NCBI GenBank assembly: GCA_963715515.1
Contig: OY970249.1
Coordinates: 3,007,080 to 3,071,079 of the forward strand
Length of the DNA stretch: 64,000 nt
Source: an uncultured Solirubrobacterales bacterium
Lineage (GTDB): Bacteria > Actinomycetota > Thermoleophilia > Solirubrobacterales > Solirubrobacteraceae
Direction: 5' to 3'
Made by a program: the position numbers and the translations under genes. The notes below the pieces were generated by a model. It was not told the origin of the DNA and searched no databases. It saw only the letters and a list, made by a program, of their open reading frames with translations. Position 1 is the first letter of the stretch. Every line of letters starts with the position of its first letter. Of the stretch, positions 61,499 through 64,000 are shown in pieces.

Positions 61499-61753
61499 AC
61501 GGTAACGGCTGCTCCGGATGCCCGCGAAGGAGCAATCCCCCTCCGCAAAGCACCAAATGACCAACAACGGCGGGCTGCAGGCGGATCGAAGGAGGGCCGG
61601 GCGTCTGTATGGGACGACAGCAACCGGCACCTTTAGGACGACACGATCGGCACTACGCAGACGACAGACAAACGGCTCGTCAGTGATCAAGATTGTCGTG
61701 TCGTCGATGGCGGCGGTGGGCGGACCACCTGAAAACCCGCAGAGAAGCAAGCG

Positions 61754-61800
61754 GAGCCCTCCCTGCGGGCTCGACATAGAAGGGCTCTCCCTGCGAGCCC
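61754..61800. promoter_or_regulatory. Twin hairpins with identical loop and swapped stems
   Basis: GAGCCC-TCCCTGC-GGGCTC and GGGCTC-TCCCTGC-GAGCCC, 28-bp period. Confidence 0.55.
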
Positions 61801-61880
61801 AATCCAACCTCGGACTATGAGCCGGAGGTCAACGAAATGAATCATGCACAGACACCAAGAACTCAGCGGAGCGTCCTCCG

Positions 61881-62192
61881 ATGAGCGCCCTAGGCATCGG
61901 TCTCGCGTGGGCGGCAATGGCGGCAGCGGCCTTTCTCGCGCTGTCGGCGACGGCGCCGGCGCGGACGCGTAACGACCTCGAGGCCGACCCGGAGAACCAT
62001 TCCCACGCTCGCGCACATGGAGCGCGGCCGCCGCGGGCGCGGGCGCGGGAAGCTGCGACGGAGGCGTACGCGCAGTGGCCCCAGGCGACCCACACGGCCT
62101 CGCTGCGCAGCTCGCCGTCGGCGGCATACATGCATGCATCCGCCCCCGTCGGCTCCTCGCCGGGGCGCTTCGGCACGCTCGGCCTGCACTAG
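61881..62192 (+). CDS. Small hypothetical protein with N-terminal hydrophobic segment
   Basis: GGAG upstream of ATG; signal/TM-like first 25 aa; no recognisable family. Confidence 0.4.
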   Translation: MSALGIGLAWAAMAAAAFLALSATAPARTRNDLEADPENHSHARAHGARPPRARAREAATEAYAQWPQATHTASLRSSPSAAYMHASAPVGSSPGRFGTLGLH

Positions 62193-62269
62193 GCACGAGC
62201 GCCGTCGAGGAGCGGTCGGCGCGGTCGGTGCCATGCGACGACGGCCGAGTCAGACGTTAGCGTTGCGGG

Positions 62270-63658
62270 GTGCCGTCACTGCCCAAAAGCCCCCGGCTGC
62301 GGAGAATTCTTCTCGCCTACACGGTCAACCAGCTGGGCACTTGGCTGGCGTATGTAGCGCTGCTGCTGAGCACCTACGACCACACGCACAGCGCGCTGGC
62401 CGTGGCGGGTCTGCTGGTGGCCGGACGCCTGCTGCCGGCGCTCGTGACGCCCACGCTGGCGACAATCGTGGAGGCCTCGCAGCGACGCAGGAGCCTAAGC
62501 GAGCTGTACCTGGTGGAGGCCGTTGCGGCGACGGCGCTGGCGGCACTGCTGTGGCACTTCTGGCTGCCGGGCGTAGTGCTGCTGGTTGCCATCGACGGCA
62601 CGGCGGCGCTGACGGCAGGTGCGCTGCTGCGCGCTACGGCGGCGCACGTAGCAGTGCAGGAAATCTCCTATGCCGACGACGCGCATGCGGACGGCGATGC
62701 GGAGGGTGCGACGCAGGTGATGGTTGGGAGGGGTGGTGGGGTCGCGCCGCCCACTACGAAGGAGGGCGCCGAAGAGACGGCGCAGCGTCGGACGAATGCG
62801 TCGTTGAACATGGGGTTCACCGTTGCGGTGACGCTGGGGCCAGCGGTGAGCGGGCTGATCGTCGCAGCAGCGGGCAGCCCTGTGGCGCTCTTGATAGATG
62901 CGGTGTCGTTCGTCGTCTGCGCGGCGCTGTTGCTGGGCGTGCAGGTGCACGCCCATCGAGACCAGCAGGACGGGGCGGCCGGCAGCGTGTCGGTGAGCGG
63001 CCGTCTGACGGCGGCGTGGCGGCACCTGCAGGAGGTGCCGCAGCTGCGCGGGCTATTGATGGTGGAGGCGCTGGCGATCGTCTGCTTTGCCTCGGTGGAG
63101 CCGGTGGAGGTGTTGTATGCCAAGACGACCCTGCACGCCGGCGACCGGGGCTTCGGCTTCCTGACGGCGGCGTGGGGCGTCGGGATGGTGCTGGGTGGAG
63201 TCGTCTTCGCCAGGGCGGTGGAGCGTCCGTTGCGGCCGATGCTGACGTGGGGGACGCTGGCGGTGGGGATGGCATATATCGGTTTTGCGGCGTCGCCGAC
63301 GCTGGCGATCGCATGCGGGGCGGCCGTCGTAGGAGGCCTGGGCAACGGCGTGCAGTGGGCGGCGCTGATCAGCGCCGTGCAACGCCTGACACCGCGCGAG
63401 CTGCTGGGACGGCTGATGAGCACGGTGGAAGCGATCGGCGCCGTCTGTCCCGCCGTGGGCTTCGTGGTGGGCGGCTTGGTGGCAGAGCTGGGTGGAACGC
63501 GCGCGGCAATGCTGACCGCGGGCGTTGCCGCGACGCTGACTACGGGTCTGTTCGTCAGGGTGACCAGAGGCGAGATGTCCAGACGCCCGGCGGCGAACGT
63601 GCCGGCGGCGAGCCGCCCGTCGGAGCTGTCGGTGGAGGCCATCCCCGAGCATCGTTGA
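62270..63658 (+). CDS. MFS transporter
   Basis: About 12 TM segments, GPAVSG, VQRLTPRELLGR motifs. Confidence 0.9.
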   Translation: MPSLPKSPRLRRILLAYTVNQLGTWLAYVALLLSTYDHTHSALAVAGLLVAGRLLPALVTPTLATIVEASQRRRSLSELYLVEAVAATALAALLWHFWLPGVVLLVAIDGTAALTAGALLRATAAHVAVQEISYADDAHADGDAEGATQVMVGRGGGVAPPTTKEGAEETAQRRTNASLNMGFTVAVTLGPAVSGLIVAAAGSPVALLIDAVSFVVCAALLLGVQVHAHRDQQDGAAGSVSVSGRLTAAWRHLQEVPQLRGLLMVEALAIVCFASVEPVEVLYAKTTLHAGDRGFGFLTAAWGVGMVLGGVVFARAVERPLRPMLTWGTLAVGMAYIGFAASPTLAIACGAAVVGGLGNGVQWAALISAVQRLTPRELLGRLMSTVEAIGAVCPAVGFVVGGLVAELGGTRAAMLTAGVAATLTTGLFVRVTRGEMSRRPAANVPAASRPSELSVEAIPEHR

Positions 63659-63685
63659 TTCGTGGTCTTCCAATAGTGCGCCTCA

Positions 63686-63912
63686 AGTACGACACGCGCA
63701 GGGCCGTTAAGTACGACAAGGCGTCGTCCTGGCGGCGCCCTAGGAAACCCTGGCAGCACCGGCAGCAAGATCTGTACCTGAGCATGAGAACCCTGGCAGC
63801 ATCGGCAGCACCCCTGGCAGCTCCGAAGACCCTGGCAGTACGACAGCGCCCCTGGCAAATCTGATCCTGCATCCACCGTGGTCTCTCTGGCATCCCCACT
63901 GGCATCCCTGGC
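63686..63912. repeat. Irregular short repeats (CCCTGGCA x5, AGTACGACA x3, CTGGCATCCC x2)
   Basis: Seen directly; spacing is irregular (about 18-45 bp). Confidence 0.65.
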
Positions 63913-64000
63913 CTCCGCGGCATCGACCGCGGCGTCGAGCACGCGCCGGCGCCTGGACGTGCGCCGCCATGTCTATCTGGTCATACAGGTGGCACTGCTC

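Noticed and set aside
63686-63912. CRISPR array
   Set aside because: Repeats are only 8-10 bp with irregular spacing, there are no constant-length spacers, and no cas genes are present.

Overview
High-GC core-chromosome window from an actinobacterium; gene content and order suggest Thermoleophilia/Solirubrobacterales (inference). It carries about 57 housekeeping and accessory CDS: a copper cluster (ycnI, copC/D, ctaG-like), a SAM-I riboswitch ahead of a thrC-like/MoaD pair, rel, recJ, secDF, ruvCAB, yebC, pdxST, a DUF1365/CFA-synthase triad, ppx, dnaG, recO, mutM, xerD, pyrG, steA/mctB, recN and a two-component system. There are two tRNAs (Ile2-CAU, Asn-GUU) and no prophage, IS or CRISPR. The most unusual signals are between genes. 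(1) At five or six operon junctions the stop/start overlap has been duplicated, leaving chains of tiny 'relay' ORFs that keep ATGA/GTGA/TGATG coupling unbroken; all periods are 2 mod 3. (2) Three abutting, sequence-distinct perfect 24-bp palindromes lie upstream of pdxS, and a 14-bp inverted repeat brackets the pdxS-pdxT spacer. (3) Twin hairpins with swapped stems sit upstream of a response regulator. (4) Recurring GTCGAC->GTYRAC changes hit normally conserved Asp codons; with two frameshifts this suggests methylation-linked basecalling error or mutagenesis. All family calls come from motif recognition, not database searches.
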